Shown piece after piece: positions 12,387 through 22,384 of a stretch of DNA of 64,000 bases (within the stretch, counting starts at the first letter, position 1; each line of letters begins with the position of its first letter). The position numbers and the translations under genes were made by a program. This DNA is from Escherichia coli. Its GTDB lineage: Bacteria; Pseudomonadota; Gammaproteobacteria; Enterobacterales; Enterobacteriaceae. The DNA is taken from assembly GCF_001677475.2 (NCBI RefSeq), contig NZ_CP015229.1, one strand, 5' to 3'. Below the pieces are notes generated by a model. The model saw only the letters and a program-made list of their open reading frames with translations, was not told the origin of the DNA and did not search any database.

Positions 12387-13373
12387 ATGAAGATGAGGTC
12401 ATTTACCCGCTCATTAGTCTGCGCATCCTTGCTGGCTCTGGTTAGCACTGGCGTAAACGCCGCAGAAAAAGTGACGTTAAAGTTAGCACACAACCTGGAA
12501 AGAAGTCATGTTGTACATCAGAGTTTTGAAGAGCTGGCGAAAGAGGTAAAACAGCTGTCAAAAGGTAATATGGTGATCCGTATTTATCCCAGCAGCCAGA
12601 TGGGTAATGCGCGAGAAACTATGGAATTGTTGCAAAATGGCGCACTGGATATGACCAAAGGTTCCGCCAGTGATCTGGAGTCTTTTGATAATATTTATGC
12701 TATCTATAATTTGCCGTTCTTATTTAAAGATCAGGCGCACTTCAACAAAGTTGTTTTTGGTGAAGTTGGTAAAGAAATTATGGACTCTACAAAAGATAAA
12801 GGCTTTTTTTCTTTATCAGCTTATGTAGCGGGTACTCGCAGTTTCTATGCGAAAAAACCGATTACTAAGCCAGCAGATCTTAAAAGACTGAAAATTCGTG
12901 TTCAGCCAAGTCCGACCACCATCAAAATGATTGAACTGATGGGTGGTTCACCCACTCCAATTTCATTTGGCGAAGTTTATACTGCGATGCAGCAAGGTGT
13001 AGTAGATGGCGCAGAAAATAACGTGCCTTCCTGGGTGCAGACTCGACATATTGAAATTGCCACAGTCTTTTCTGAAGATGAACACGCCTCAATTCCTGAC
13101 TTTTTGGTTATCTCCACCAAAACATGGAATAAATTAACCCCAGAACAGCAACAAATCCTCGAAACAGCGGCGAAGAAATCCGAAGCTTATCAACAAAAAT
13201 TGTGGGAAAAAATTGACGCTGACACACGTGCTCAGGCGAAAGCTATGGGTGGTGAAATCGTTAAGGTTGATAAAGCCCCATTCCGTGCCGCAGTTCAACC
13301 TCTGTTTGACGACTTCAAAAAAGATCCAAAACAAGCTGCTTTGTTAGAGAAATTCGACAACGCTGCTCAATAA
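12387..13373 (+). CDS. TRAP transporter substrate-binding protein (DctP family)
   Basis: 328 aa with signal peptide; DctP-like periplasmic SBP; followed by small and large TRAP permease genes. Confidence 0.8.
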   Translation: MKMRSFTRSLVCASLLALVSTGVNAAEKVTLKLAHNLERSHVVHQSFEELAKEVKQLSKGNMVIRIYPSSQMGNARETMELLQNGALDMTKGSASDLESFDNIYAIYNLPFLFKDQAHFNKVVFGEVGKEIMDSTKDKGFFSLSAYVAGTRSFYAKKPITKPADLKRLKIRVQPSPTTIKMIELMGGSPTPISFGEVYTAMQQGVVDGAENNVPSWVQTRHIEIATVFSEDEHASIPDFLVISTKTWNKLTPEQQQILETAAKKSEAYQQKLWEKIDADTRAQAKAMGGEIVKVDKAPFRAAVQPLFDDFKKDPKQAALLEKFDNAAQ

Positions 13374-13377
13374 TATT

Positions 13378-13405
13378 TCGGGCCAGTCTCTGGCCCTGAT
13401 TTTCC
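13378..13405 (+). terminator. intra-operon hairpin/attenuator between the TRAP SBP and permease genes
   Basis: GGGCCAG-TCTC-TGGCCC followed by a T-run, just before the dctQ-like start. Confidence 0.45.
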
Positions 13406-13408
13406 AGG

Positions 13409-13921
13409 ATGCTTACAATGATATTTAACCGCCTGAAACTTGCGGTAGACCGCGTCATTGCCGCGTTTTCTGTCGCCGTAATGCTTGCTCTGGTTGTATG
13501 CGTAGTCTGGCAAGTATTTAGCCGCTACGTACTTAACCAGCCAAGTACATTAACCGATGAGCTGGCACGCTTTTTGATGATCTGGGTAGGATTATTAGGT
13601 GCTGCATATACCGTCGGCGCGCAGAGACATCTCTCTATCGATTTATTTGCTCTCGCCCTGAATAAGCGCAAGCAATTACTTCTTAGTATAGTCATTAACG
13701 TTCTTATTTTAGGTTTTGCCGGTTCGGTCATTGTGACTGGTGGCCTGAAATTAATTGATAAAACACTGGCAACATCACAGGTATCTGCCGCGATGCAAAT
13801 ACCGATGGGATACGTATATATCATTCTGCCATTAAGTGGATTGGTGATGATGTTTTATGCCTTGTGTTTTATTAATCAAAGCATTCAACAACTGAAACAA
13901 CCTGCGCAGGAGGCCAGTTAA
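13409..13921 (+). CDS. TRAP transporter small permease (DctQ family)
   Basis: 170 aa, four hydrophobic segments; position between the SBP and the large permease. Confidence 0.7.
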   Translation: MLTMIFNRLKLAVDRVIAAFSVAVMLALVVCVVWQVFSRYVLNQPSTLTDELARFLMIWVGLLGAAYTVGAQRHLSIDLFALALNKRKQLLLSIVINVLILGFAGSVIVTGGLKLIDKTLATSQVSAAMQIPMGYVYIILPLSGLVMMFYALCFINQSIQQLKQPAQEAS

Positions 13922-14507
13922 TGGATAGTTATATCGCGCTTACACTGTTTGGCTGTTTTTTTGTGCTGGTCTTTATTGGTGTGCCCATTTCGTTCTCAAT
14001 CGGTATTGCCACTGTAGCTTCAATGCTGTTGATGTTTCCCTGGGATATCGCGGCAATCACTGTTTCGCAGCGACTGGCTAATGGACTGGATAACTTTGCC
14101 CTATTGGCAATCCCCTTTTTCATCTTTGCCGGAACGCTGATGAACAGCGGCGGTATTGCGATACGTTTGATTAACCTCGCCCAGGTAATGGTTGGCCGCG
14201 TTCCTGGTTCGCTTGGTCATGTGAACGTCCTGGCGAATATGATGTTTGGTTCCATTTCTGGTTCAGCCGTTGCGGCAGCTGCTGCCGTTGGTGGCACACT
14301 GAATCCCATTCAGACCAAAGAAGGTTATGATCCGGCATTTTCTACCGCTGTAAACGTCTCATCCTGTATTACTGGATTACTGATACCGCCCTCAAACGTG
14401 TTAATTGTGTTTTCCCTGACAGCTGGCGGCGTTTCTGTAGCATCGCTATTTATGGCGGGATATTTGCCAGGGATCTTAATGGGTCTCGCGGTAATGGTTG
14501 TCTGCGC
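13921..14507 (+). pseudogene. TRAP large permease (DctM family), N-terminal fragment truncated by IS66
   Basis: 196-aa hydrophobic ORF whose stop codon is created by the IS66 end; the C-terminal continuation is found at 45325-46046 on the minus strand. Confidence 0.75.
14501..14507. repeat. 7-bp direct repeat TCTGCGC (target duplication of the IS66 insertion in dctM, left copy)
   Basis: Same 7 bp found in reverse complement at 46040-46046, abutting the other IS66 copy. Confidence 0.6.
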
Positions 14508-14592
14508 GTAAGCGTAAACCGACCGCCGTATGTAGCCATTAGACAAGAATTGGTAACTTAGACGCCCATCTGACACAGACGGACATCTAAGT

Positions 14593-15012
14593 ATGGAATT
14601 ACAGGACTGGCGAAAAGAACCTCGTAAAAAGTATTCGAATGAATTCAAACTTCGTATGGTTGAACTGGCATCACAACCCGGTGCTTGTGTGGCTCAGATT
14701 GCACGAGAAAATGGCGTCAATGATAATGTTATTTTCAAATGGCTCAGACTCTGGCAAAACGAAGGGCGTATATCACGGCGTCTTCCGGTGACAACCACTT
14801 CTGATGCAGGCCTTGAATTATTACCTGTAGAGATAACCTCTGATGAGCCGAAAGAACCGATGGCTGCTCTTACTCCGCCCTTATCCACTCAGACTACTGT
14901 CAGTGCCAGCTCCTGCAAGGTGGAGTTCCGTCACGGTAACATGACGCTGGAAAATCCTTCACCAGAGCTGCTCACTGTATTGATTCGTGAACTGACCGGG
15001 AGGGGAAGATGA
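14593..15012 (+). CDS. IS66 family accessory protein (orfA/TnpA)
   Basis: 139 aa with HTH-like N-terminus; first gene of the IS66 triad. Confidence 0.85.
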   Translation: MELQDWRKEPRKKYSNEFKLRMVELASQPGACVAQIARENGVNDNVIFKWLRLWQNEGRISRRLPVTTTSDAGLELLPVEITSDEPKEPMAALTPPLSTQTTVSASSCKVEFRHGNMTLENPSPELLTVLIRELTGRGR

Positions 15013-15359
15013 TCTCACTCCCATCCGGTACCCGTATCTGGCTCGTTGCCGGGATAACCGATATGCGTAAGTCTTTCAACGGGCTGGGTGAACAGGTACA
15101 GCATGTGTTAAATGTTAATCCCTTCTCCGGTCACCTGTTTATCTTCCGTGGCCGACGGGGTGACACCGTTAAAATTCTTTGGGCTGATGCTGATGGTCTG
15201 TGCCTGTTCACCAAACGCCTGGAGGAAGGCCAGTTTATCTGGCCTGCGGTGCGTGACGGTAAGGTATCCATTACCCGCTCGCAACTGGCAATGCTCCTCG
15301 ATAAGCTGGACTGGCGTCAGCCAAAAACATCCCGCCTTAACGCCCTGACAATGTTGTAA
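15009..15359 (+). CDS. IS66 family accessory protein (orfB/TnpB)
   Basis: 116 aa; ATGA overlap with orfA. Confidence 0.85.
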   Translation: MISLPSGTRIWLVAGITDMRKSFNGLGEQVQHVLNVNPFSGHLFIFRGRRGDTVKILWADADGLCLFTKRLEEGQFIWPAVRDGKVSITRSQLAMLLDKLDWRQPKTSRLNALTML

Positions 15360-15389
15360 AAAACGCCTGGCCGCATTATAAAAACGGCC

Positions 15390-16982
15390 ATGAGTCAGAA
15401 ATACCTCATTCGCATTGCAGAACTGGAAAGCCAGCTCCGTCAGAAAGACCAGCAACTGAGTCTGGTTGAAGAGACGGAGGCCTTCCTGCGCTCTGCACTG
15501 GCACGTGCCGAAGAAAAGATCGAAGAAGATGAACGGGAAATAGAACATCTGCGGGCTCAGATAGAAAAACTGCGCCGGATGCTGTTCGGTACCCGTTCTG
15601 AAAAACTGCGTCGTGAAGTTGAACAGGCTGAGGCCCTGCTGAAACAACGCGAACAGGACAGCGATCGTTACAGTGGGCGGGAAGACGATCCACAGGTTCC
15701 CCGCCAGTTGCGACAGTCGCGCCATCGTCGTCCGTTACCGGCACACCTTCCCCGTGAAATACACCGTCTGGAGTCTGAAGAAAGTTGTTGCCCGGAATGT
15801 GGCGGCGAGCTGGATTATCTGGGGGAAGTCAGTACTGAGCAGCTGGAACTGGTGAGCAGCGCCCTGAAAGTGATCCGCACAGAACGGGTAAAAAAAGCCT
15901 GTACAAAATGTGACTGCATCATTGAAGCACCGGCGCCGTCCCGCCCGATAGAGCGTGGTATCGCGGGCCCCGGATTACTTGCCCGCGTGTTAACGGGAAA
16001 ATACTGCGAACACCTGCCACTGTATCGTCAGAGTGAAATCTTTGCCCGACAGGGTGTCGAACTGAGCCGTGCATTACTCTCCAACTGGGTTGACGCGTGC
16101 TGCCAGTTAATGATGCCGCTGAATGATGCCCTGTACCGTTATGTGATGAATACCCGCAAGCTTCACACTGACGACACACCGGTAAAGGTACTGGCACCGG
16201 GCTTGAAAAAGACGAAAACAGGGCGCATCTGGACGTATGTCCGGGATGATCGCAATGCGGGTTCGTCATCTCCTCCGGCGGTCTGGTTCGCGTACTCACC
16301 GAACCGGCAGGGGAAACACCCGGAGCAACACCTCCGCCCCTTCCGGGGTATCCTGCAGGCGGATGCGTTCACAGGTTATGACAGGCTGTTCAGTGCAGAA
16401 CGTGAAGGTGGTGCGCTGACAGAAGTTGCGTGCTGGGCCCATGCCCGGAGAAAAATCCACGATGTATACATCAGCAGCAAAAGTGCGACGGCAGAAGAAG
16501 CCCTGAAGCGAATCAGTGAACTGTACGCCATCGAGGATGAAATACGGGGATTACCAGAGTCAGAGCGTCTTGCAGTCAGACAGCAGCGAAGCAAAGCGTT
16601 ACTGACGTCGCTGCATGAATGGATGGTGGAGAAGAATGGCACGCTGTCGAAAAAATCCAGACTGGGCGAAGCGTTCAGCTATGTACTGAATCAGTGGGAC
16701 GCCCTCTGTTATTACAGTGATGACGGACTGGCGGAGACGGACAATAACACAGCGGAAAGAGCGCTTCGTGCAGTCTGTCTTGGAAAGAAAAATTACGTGT
16801 TCTTCGGTAGCGATCACGGTGGCGAGCGTGGTGCACTGCTATACGGGCTGATCGGCACCTGCCGTCTGAACGGTATCGATCCGGAAGCGTATCTGCGCCA
16901 TATTCTGAGCGTACTGCCGGAATGGCCCTCCAACCGTGTTGACGAACTCCTGCCATGGAACGTGGTTCTCACCAATAAATAA
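15390..16982 (+). CDS. IS66 family transposase (TnpC)
   Basis: 530 aa with N-terminal coiled coil/leucine zipper, CxxC zinc-finger motifs and DDE-type core. Confidence 0.9.
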   Translation: MSQKYLIRIAELESQLRQKDQQLSLVEETEAFLRSALARAEEKIEEDEREIEHLRAQIEKLRRMLFGTRSEKLRREVEQAEALLKQREQDSDRYSGREDDPQVPRQLRQSRHRRPLPAHLPREIHRLESEESCCPECGGELDYLGEVSTEQLELVSSALKVIRTERVKKACTKCDCIIEAPAPSRPIERGIAGPGLLARVLTGKYCEHLPLYRQSEIFARQGVELSRALLSNWVDACCQLMMPLNDALYRYVMNTRKLHTDDTPVKVLAPGLKKTKTGRIWTYVRDDRNAGSSSPPAVWFAYSPNRQGKHPEQHLRPFRGILQADAFTGYDRLFSAEREGGALTEVACWAHARRKIHDVYISSKSATAEEALKRISELYAIEDEIRGLPESERLAVRQQRSKALLTSLHEWMVEKNGTLSKKSRLGEAFSYVLNQWDALCYYSDDGLAETDNNTAERALRAVCLGKKNYVFFGSDHGGERGALLYGLIGTCRLNGIDPEAYLRHILSVLPEWPSNRVDELLPWNVVLTNK

Positions 16983-17012
16983 GCGTCAATACGGTGCTCC
17001 GTTGACGCTTAC

Positions 17013-17020
17013 GGCCAGCG
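17013..17020. repeat. 8-bp target-site duplication GGCCAGCG of the IS66 insertion in IS629 (one copy)
   Basis: Identical 8 bp (as CGCTGGCC) abuts the other IS66 copy at 48552-48559. Confidence 0.8.
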
Positions 17021-17624
17021 ATACATACTGAGAACCTTTATCACTGTGATGGATTGTGCCGGACGGCCGACGGGCCCACAACGCCTGCTCCAGTGCATCC
17101 AGCACGAATGTTGTTTCCATGGATGATGAGACCTGCCATCCCACGATGTATCCGGCGAACACATCAATGATGAACGCCACATAAACGAAGCCCTGCCATG
17201 TGCTTACCCAGGTAAAATCAGCCACCCACAACTGGTCTGGACGTTCTGCCACGAACTGACGGTTTACGCGGTCGCATGCGGCAACGGCTTTCCGGCTGAC
17301 GGTAGTGCGGACCTTTTTACCCCGGAGAACACCGGCAAGTCCCATAACTGCCATGAGACGTGCCACAGTGCATCTGGCCACTCTGATACCTTCCCGTAAC
17401 AACTGACGCCAGACTTTACGCACACCGTATACCTGGTGATTTTCATCGTATACGCGCTGTATCTCTTTCTTCAGCCAGTCATCGTGCTGCGCACGGGCAC
17501 TGCGTTTATCCGGATGATGTCGCTGTTGCTGACAATGGTAATACGTTGACGGGGCAATATGCAGTTCGCTGCATACCGGTCCGACCCCGTACTGCTCACG
17601 CAGCTTATCCAGCAGTGGCATCAT
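17013..17624 (-). pseudogene. IS629 transposase orfB, N-terminal fragment interrupted by IS66
   Basis: IS3-family OrfB sequence ...HHSDKGSQYVSLA ends at the IS66 junction; the remainder YTQRLKEAG... is at 48560-48838. Confidence 0.8.
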
Positions 17625-17947
17625 TTTTTCCAGAGGCGGTCGAACTCCGCCTTCGCAAAATAAGCGGAAGCCTGGCGAAGGATATCGTTACTGCGGCGCA
17701 GTTCACGATTTTCACGTTCCAGCTCTTTCAGACGCTGACGTTCAGCGCTGGTGAGCCCACCATCACCGCCCCCGGTATCCCGCTCATGCTGGCGAACCCA
17801 GACACGCAGAGTCTCCGGCGTACAGCCAATCTTTGGGGCAATGGAACAAATTGCCGCCCACTGTGAGTCATATTCATCCTGACTTTCCAGAACCATACGA
17901 ATCGCCCGCTGACGGACTTCGGGGGAAAAACGAGTATTTTTAGTCAT
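17621..17947 (-). CDS. IS629 orfA (IS3 family transposase N-terminal protein)
   Basis: 108 aa, [22 protein letters not shown]... with leucine zipper; overlaps orfB in the -1 frame as in IS3 family. Confidence 0.85.
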   Translation of the reverse strand: MTKNTRFSPEVRQRAIRMVLESQDEYDSQWAAICSIAPKIGCTPETLRVWVRQHERDTGGGDGGLTSAERQRLKELERENRELRRSNDILRQASAYFAKAEFDRLWKK

Positions 17948-18001
17948 CCTGTTTACCTCTTTCTCAGGGAGTTTAGTCTCCAGGATTTCCGGGGCGGTTC
18001 A

Positions 18002-18550
18002 GAGCAGCAACTCAGGGCGCTGCTGACACCCTCACCGGATGTGCTTTCAGCAGACCAGATGATGCAGCTCAGCAGAACACTGTTAAATCATGCGTCAGAG
18101 TGGATAACCCTTTCCGGTCAGCAGATAACGCGACTGACAGAATTCCCCCCGGCATACAACCTGCAACGCAGTGTGCAATTGCTGCAGCAACTGATGGTAC
18201 TTTTCCCCGACAATCCTCGTGTTCAGGAAATGGTGGATAACTGGCAGAAGAGTGCAAGGAGTCGTGCGCTCCCGGAAGAGGCGATGACTGGCTGGAACGA
18301 AGGCATGACCCGCTTACAGCTGTTGGCTGAGCGCCTGAACCGTCCAGATGAACAGCGGGGAAAATACATGACGGTCAGTGAGCTGAAAACGGAGGTGTCT
18401 GGCATCATGCAGGCTTTTAACCGGCATATCCTGGCAGAAGAACAGTTGTGTCACTATGGTGAAGTCCGCAACCAGAATGGAAGCGAGCAGCAGCAAAAAC
18501 AAATGAAAGATGCATTTGTTAAGCTGATTCATTTTTACTGTTTTATATAA
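18002..18550 (+). pseudogene. C-terminal part of a TssA/ImpA-like gene separated from its N-terminal part by IS629 and the inversion
   Basis: Reading frame is open from the IS629 end at 18002 and continues the frame that ends ...PAE at 48881 on the other IS629 flank. Confidence 0.4.
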
Positions 18551-18603
18551 AGCCTTTAGGATGTGGGGTAAGGGGAGTGTTGCAATTTATTCGGTGAGAT
18601 AGT

Positions 18604-19311
18604 TTGTTTGTGGAGTGTTTAAGCGCTTTTGGATGTTCGTCTGTTGTTTCGAATAGTATGGTGAATATGAATGGTAAATATAATGTCAGGAGTGAATTGT
18701 TAGCTCGTTGTATCGGAACTGGTAGATTGAAAGGAGATGTGAGAAGTGATTTTATTGGGTTTAATGGTAGTAAACAGGTAGGTTATGTTTTATTAACTTT
18801 ATTCTTAACGAAAGTAACAAATTCTGATTTGCTCTCTCATTATCGTATATTTAATCGTTTTTTGCATTATGAGAGAAAAGTTATGGACATATATAATTCT
18901 TTGAGTGATATAGAAGTTGATTGTATTTGCCAGGAAGTGATGGCTATATATGAACATACTCAGCGATGCTGCAACGAAAAGAAAATCACAACTATCCAGT
19001 TAGGCAGGAAACTTAATGGCAGGTATGCAGATACGATTGCTGAGTTAAAAGAAACAGCAGAGATAAGAGGGGAGGATGTGATTTCTTTTGAGATGGATAT
19101 ATTGAATTCTTTTAATGATGCGGATGAATATCACGGACGTGTTAAACTGGAGTTGGATATACCTGCTTCAGATATATTATATTGCCATGATTTTATTGAT
19201 TCAAAACATGTAAACTCCTGGTTGGTTGAACCACATGAGTGGGTGGTTATAAATCGTTCTCTCAATGGGATTGTTACAGTGCCAGTATCATCAATAAAGA
19301 TTCTTTATTGA
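18604..19311 (+). CDS. hypothetical protein (AT-rich island gene)
   Basis: 235-codon ORF in a markedly AT-rich segment; true start may be internal; no recognisable motif. Confidence 0.35.
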   Translation: MFVECLSAFGCSSVVSNSMVNMNGKYNVRSELLARCIGTGRLKGDVRSDFIGFNGSKQVGYVLLTLFLTKVTNSDLLSHYRIFNRFLHYERKVMDIYNSLSDIEVDCICQEVMAIYEHTQRCCNEKKITTIQLGRKLNGRYADTIAELKETAEIRGEDVISFEMDILNSFNDADEYHGRVKLELDIPASDILYCHDFIDSKHVNSWLVEPHEWVVINRSLNGIVTVPVSSIKILY

Positions 19312-19451
19312 TAAATATGTTTGTAATATGTTTTATATGTTCATCAGGATGAAAGTAAGCAATTTTAGTAGTGGCTAATTAAACGTCATTTAATGTTTGT
19401 TGCTATATGTTGAAAGCATAAACAGGTTTCTTTTGCATAAAGTAAAAATAA

Positions 19452-20684
19452 ATGAATGATAATTTTTTAACGGAGAAAGTCCTTACTGGAGAGAATGTTC
19501 TGCGTGCAGCAATTGCTCGTATTGAGTGGATTTTTGAAACATTTCCATCAGTTTGTCTCTCTTTTTCCGGTGGTAAAGATTCCACCGTGCTTTTCCATCT
19601 TGTGGCTGATGTGGCCCGCAGGAAAAGACGTCGTTTCTCTGTACTGTTCATTGACTGGGAGGCTCAGTACCAGTGCACCATTGAACATATTCAGAAGATG
19701 CGGGAAATGTACTATGATGTGACGGAAACCTTTTACTGGGTGGCGCTTCCCCTGACCACGGTAAACGGTGTCTCGCAGTTTCAACCGGAGTGGATATGCT
19801 GGGAGCCTCGTGTGACCTGGGTTCGCCAGCCACCGGAAGAGGCCATTACGGATATGGCGTATTTTCCCTTTTACCGGTATGCCATGGCGTTTGAAGAATT
19901 TGTTCCGGCATTTTCTTCCTGGTTTGCTGGCAACCGGTGTGGAGTGGCAGTGCTGACCGGTGTCCGGGCGGATGAATCCCTCAACCGCTTTATGGGACTG
20001 GTGTCCCAGCGCAAACTGAGATATGCCAATGATAAGCCTTGGACCACGGCATCGCCTGAAGGGTTTTACTACACTATGTATCCGCTGTATGACTGGAAAA
20101 CTCGTGATATCTGGATATATCACACCAGAACCCGTGCCATCTACAATCCCCTGTATGATCTGATGTACCGTGCCGGCGTACCGTTACGCAACATGCGTGT
20201 CTGTGAACCTTTTGGTCCTGAACAACGTAAGGGACTGTGGCTTTACCATGTTCTGGAACCGGAAACCTGGGCCAGGATGTGTGAGCGGGTGTCAGGGGCT
20301 GCCAGCGGGGCACTTTATGCCAATGAAAGCGGGGCTTATTTTGCCCTGCGTAAGCGCATATCAAAACCAGCCCATCATACCTGGCGCAGCTATGCGATGT
20401 TTCTGCTGGATGTGATGCCGGAAAGAACGGCAGAACATTACCGCAACAAGATAGCTGTCTATCTGCGCTGGTATCAGACGCGGGGCTTCCCGGATGACAT
20501 CCCGGATGAACAGGAGAATGACCTGGGGAGCCGGGATATTCCGTCCTGGCGACGTATCTGTAAGACTCTCATAAAGAATGATTTCTGGTGCCGTACCCTC
20601 TCCTTCAGTCCGAACAAACCCCGGCACTATGAACGTTATCTGCAGCGTATGAAAGAAAGGAGGAAGGAATGGGGGATTCTGTGA
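19452..20684 (+). CDS. ibrA: PAPS-reductase-like protein, IbrA-like (co-activator of prophage gene expression)
   Basis: 410 aa with SGGKDS PP-loop motif near the N-terminus; partnered with a ParB-like gene as in the described ibrAB pair. Confidence 0.75.
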   Translation: MNDNFLTEKVLTGENVLRAAIARIEWIFETFPSVCLSFSGGKDSTVLFHLVADVARRKRRRFSVLFIDWEAQYQCTIEHIQKMREMYYDVTETFYWVALPLTTVNGVSQFQPEWICWEPRVTWVRQPPEEAITDMAYFPFYRYAMAFEEFVPAFSSWFAGNRCGVAVLTGVRADESLNRFMGLVSQRKLRYANDKPWTTASPEGFYYTMYPLYDWKTRDIWIYHTRTRAIYNPLYDLMYRAGVPLRNMRVCEPFGPEQRKGLWLYHVLEPETWARMCERVSGAASGALYANESGAYFALRKRISKPAHHTWRSYAMFLLDVMPERTAEHYRNKIAVYLRWYQTRGFPDDIPDEQENDLGSRDIPSWRRICKTLIKNDFWCRTLSFSPNKPRHYERYLQRMKERRKEWGIL

Positions 20685-21307
20685 CACCGGAGATACTGAG
20701 CAACATGATTCGTCAGTACTTCAGCCAGGAACGACCAGAAGAAGAGGCCATACAGGCCCTGAATCATCTGCGCAGGGTGCTTCATGAGGTCAGTCCATTT
20801 GCACAGGAGCCTGTGGACTGTGTGCTGTGGGTGAAAGCAGATGAGGTGGTGGCCAACGATTATAACCCCAATGTCATGGCGCCGGGTGAGAAGAAACTGC
20901 TGAAACATTCACTGGAGCAGGATGGGTTCACGCAGCCTGTGGTTGTCTCGGAAGAGAAGGAGCATTATCTGGTCGTGGATGGTTTTCATCGTCAATTACT
21001 GGGCAGGGAAGCAGGTACGGGAAAACGCCTGAAGGGCTGGTTGCCAGTGACCTGTATTAATCCGGAAAGAAAGGGACAGGCCTCACGTATTGCTGCAACC
21101 ATTAGACATAACCGGGCCAGGGGGAAGCACCAGATAACTTCAATGTCTGATATTGTCAGGGACCTGTCGCGGCTGGGCTGGACGGATGAACGTATTGGTA
21201 CGGAGCTGGGTATGGACCAGGATGAAGTTCTCAGGTTGAAACAGATTAGCGGGCTGACGGAGCTGTTTCTGGAAGAGGATTTCAGTCCGGCATGGACGGT
21301 TCGCTGA
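20669..21307 (+). CDS. ibrB: ParB-like nuclease domain protein, IbrB-like
   Basis: 212 aa; overlaps the ibrA 3' end by 16 nt; ParB/Srx-type N-terminal region. Confidence 0.7.
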   Translation: MGDSVTPEILSNMIRQYFSQERPEEEAIQALNHLRRVLHEVSPFAQEPVDCVLWVKADEVVANDYNPNVMAPGEKKLLKHSLEQDGFTQPVVVSEEKEHYLVVDGFHRQLLGREAGTGKRLKGWLPVTCINPERKGQASRIAATIRHNRARGKHQITSMSDIVRDLSRLGWTDERIGTELGMDQDEVLRLKQISGLTELFLEEDFSPAWTVR

Positions 21308-21346
21308 GACCGTCATATATGTATATTATTTCAGTGAGTTAATGTT

Positions 21347-21655
21347 TTGAGCAGGAAAAAGAGTACCCCGGAAGTCGTGGAAGACATGGTTGCACAGAAG
21401 CTGGAGGCTGCGGGTTGCTGGCGCAGAGCTTCCGCCCGCTGGCTTTTTGTTATGGGAAATGTTGAATGTACAGAAGCACAACGGGAGTGGTTGTTGTTGC
21501 GCAGGAATTATTGCCTGGCGCAGATATCGTCCCCGCCGCTACCTGAAAAGCTGGATATCAGCGAAGTGGCGAAAGCTGCAGATGCCACGCTGAGGCGAAT
21601 GGGGATTGCCAGTCCGTCCGGGGAGGTATTCAGAAAAGGTACACCGGTCTGTTGA
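21347..21655 (+). CDS. hypothetical small protein (weak resemblance to PerC-family activators)
   Basis: 102 aa; LEAAGCWRRASARW segment resembles PerC/Pch-type proteins as I recall them; not verified. Confidence 0.35.
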   Translation: MSRKKSTPEVVEDMVAQKLEAAGCWRRASARWLFVMGNVECTEAQREWLLLRRNYCLAQISSPPLPEKLDISEVAKAADATLRRMGIASPSGEVFRKGTPVC

Positions 21656-21675
21656 TATTCAGGTAACAGGTATTA

Positions 21676-22320
21676 ATGATAAAGAAAGGAATGGCAAACA
21701 GTATATCAATGACATGGCAACTTTTATGCGATGATCATGGTTTTACCCGGGAGCACTACAATCAGCTGAAGAAATTCAGCCCGGAGGCATTACGTGAAAT
21801 TATTGCTGAAATAGCCTGCTGCCATCCGTCAACCAGTATATTGCTCAGGAATAAGTGGCTGACACCGCCGGAGGATATTCCGGAGCAGGTTACCCGTGAA
21901 TACGAACGAAGAATACAGAACTGTCCATCTTTCAGGAGCGAGAAAGAGGCGGAATCCTGGCTAAATGAACTGTTTTTTGCTGTGATTGCGCCGCTATACC
22001 GGGTTGTCCCCGGACAATCAGAACAGGTTGAATCCTTTGTTCTGCAGCTTATTGCCGAACAGGAGCGGGTTTGGGAGCTTATTCTAACCAATGATGGTTA
22101 TTCATGGCATTGCGCACTTTATGATATATTATTTCATCTGGTTTTACGAAATATGGAAGACCAGCCTGAACATCAGAGACAGCGAATAACAAAAATACTT
22201 AATGAGTCCGATACAAGGCGGGTTGCAGAAGAGATTAAATTCCGGATTCAATATCTTCAGGATGAAGAACAAAAGAGAGTTTTAAGTGAGTTGGTAAATG
22301 TCCTGATTTCAAAAAGATAA
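21676..22320 (+). CDS. hypothetical protein
   Basis: 214-codon ORF co-directional with ibrAB; no recognisable motifs. Confidence 0.4.
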   Translation: MIKKGMANSISMTWQLLCDDHGFTREHYNQLKKFSPEALREIIAEIACCHPSTSILLRNKWLTPPEDIPEQVTREYERRIQNCPSFRSEKEAESWLNELFFAVIAPLYRVVPGQSEQVESFVLQLIAEQERVWELILTNDGYSWHCALYDILFHLVLRNMEDQPEHQRQRITKILNESDTRRVAEEIKFRIQYLQDEEQKRVLSELVNVLISKR

Positions 22321-22384
22321 AACATGTCGGAGTAATTTTTCTATATATTAAAAAAACAGGTTCGTATTACCATAAAGGAGATCG

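Larger units (their letters stand above)
14508..17012 (+). mobile_element. IS66-family insertion sequence, copy 1 (2505 bp)
   Basis: Ends GTAAGCGTAAACC... and ...GTTGACGCTTAC; three ORFs typical of IS66 (orfA, orfB, tnpC). Confidence 0.9.
17013..18001 (-). mobile_element. IS629 (IS3 family), left 989 bp including orfA and the 5' part of orfB
   Basis: Terminal repeat TGAACCGCCCCGG... at 18001 (minus strand); joins with 48552-48880 to give 1310 bp once the 8-bp duplication is removed. Confidence 0.85.
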
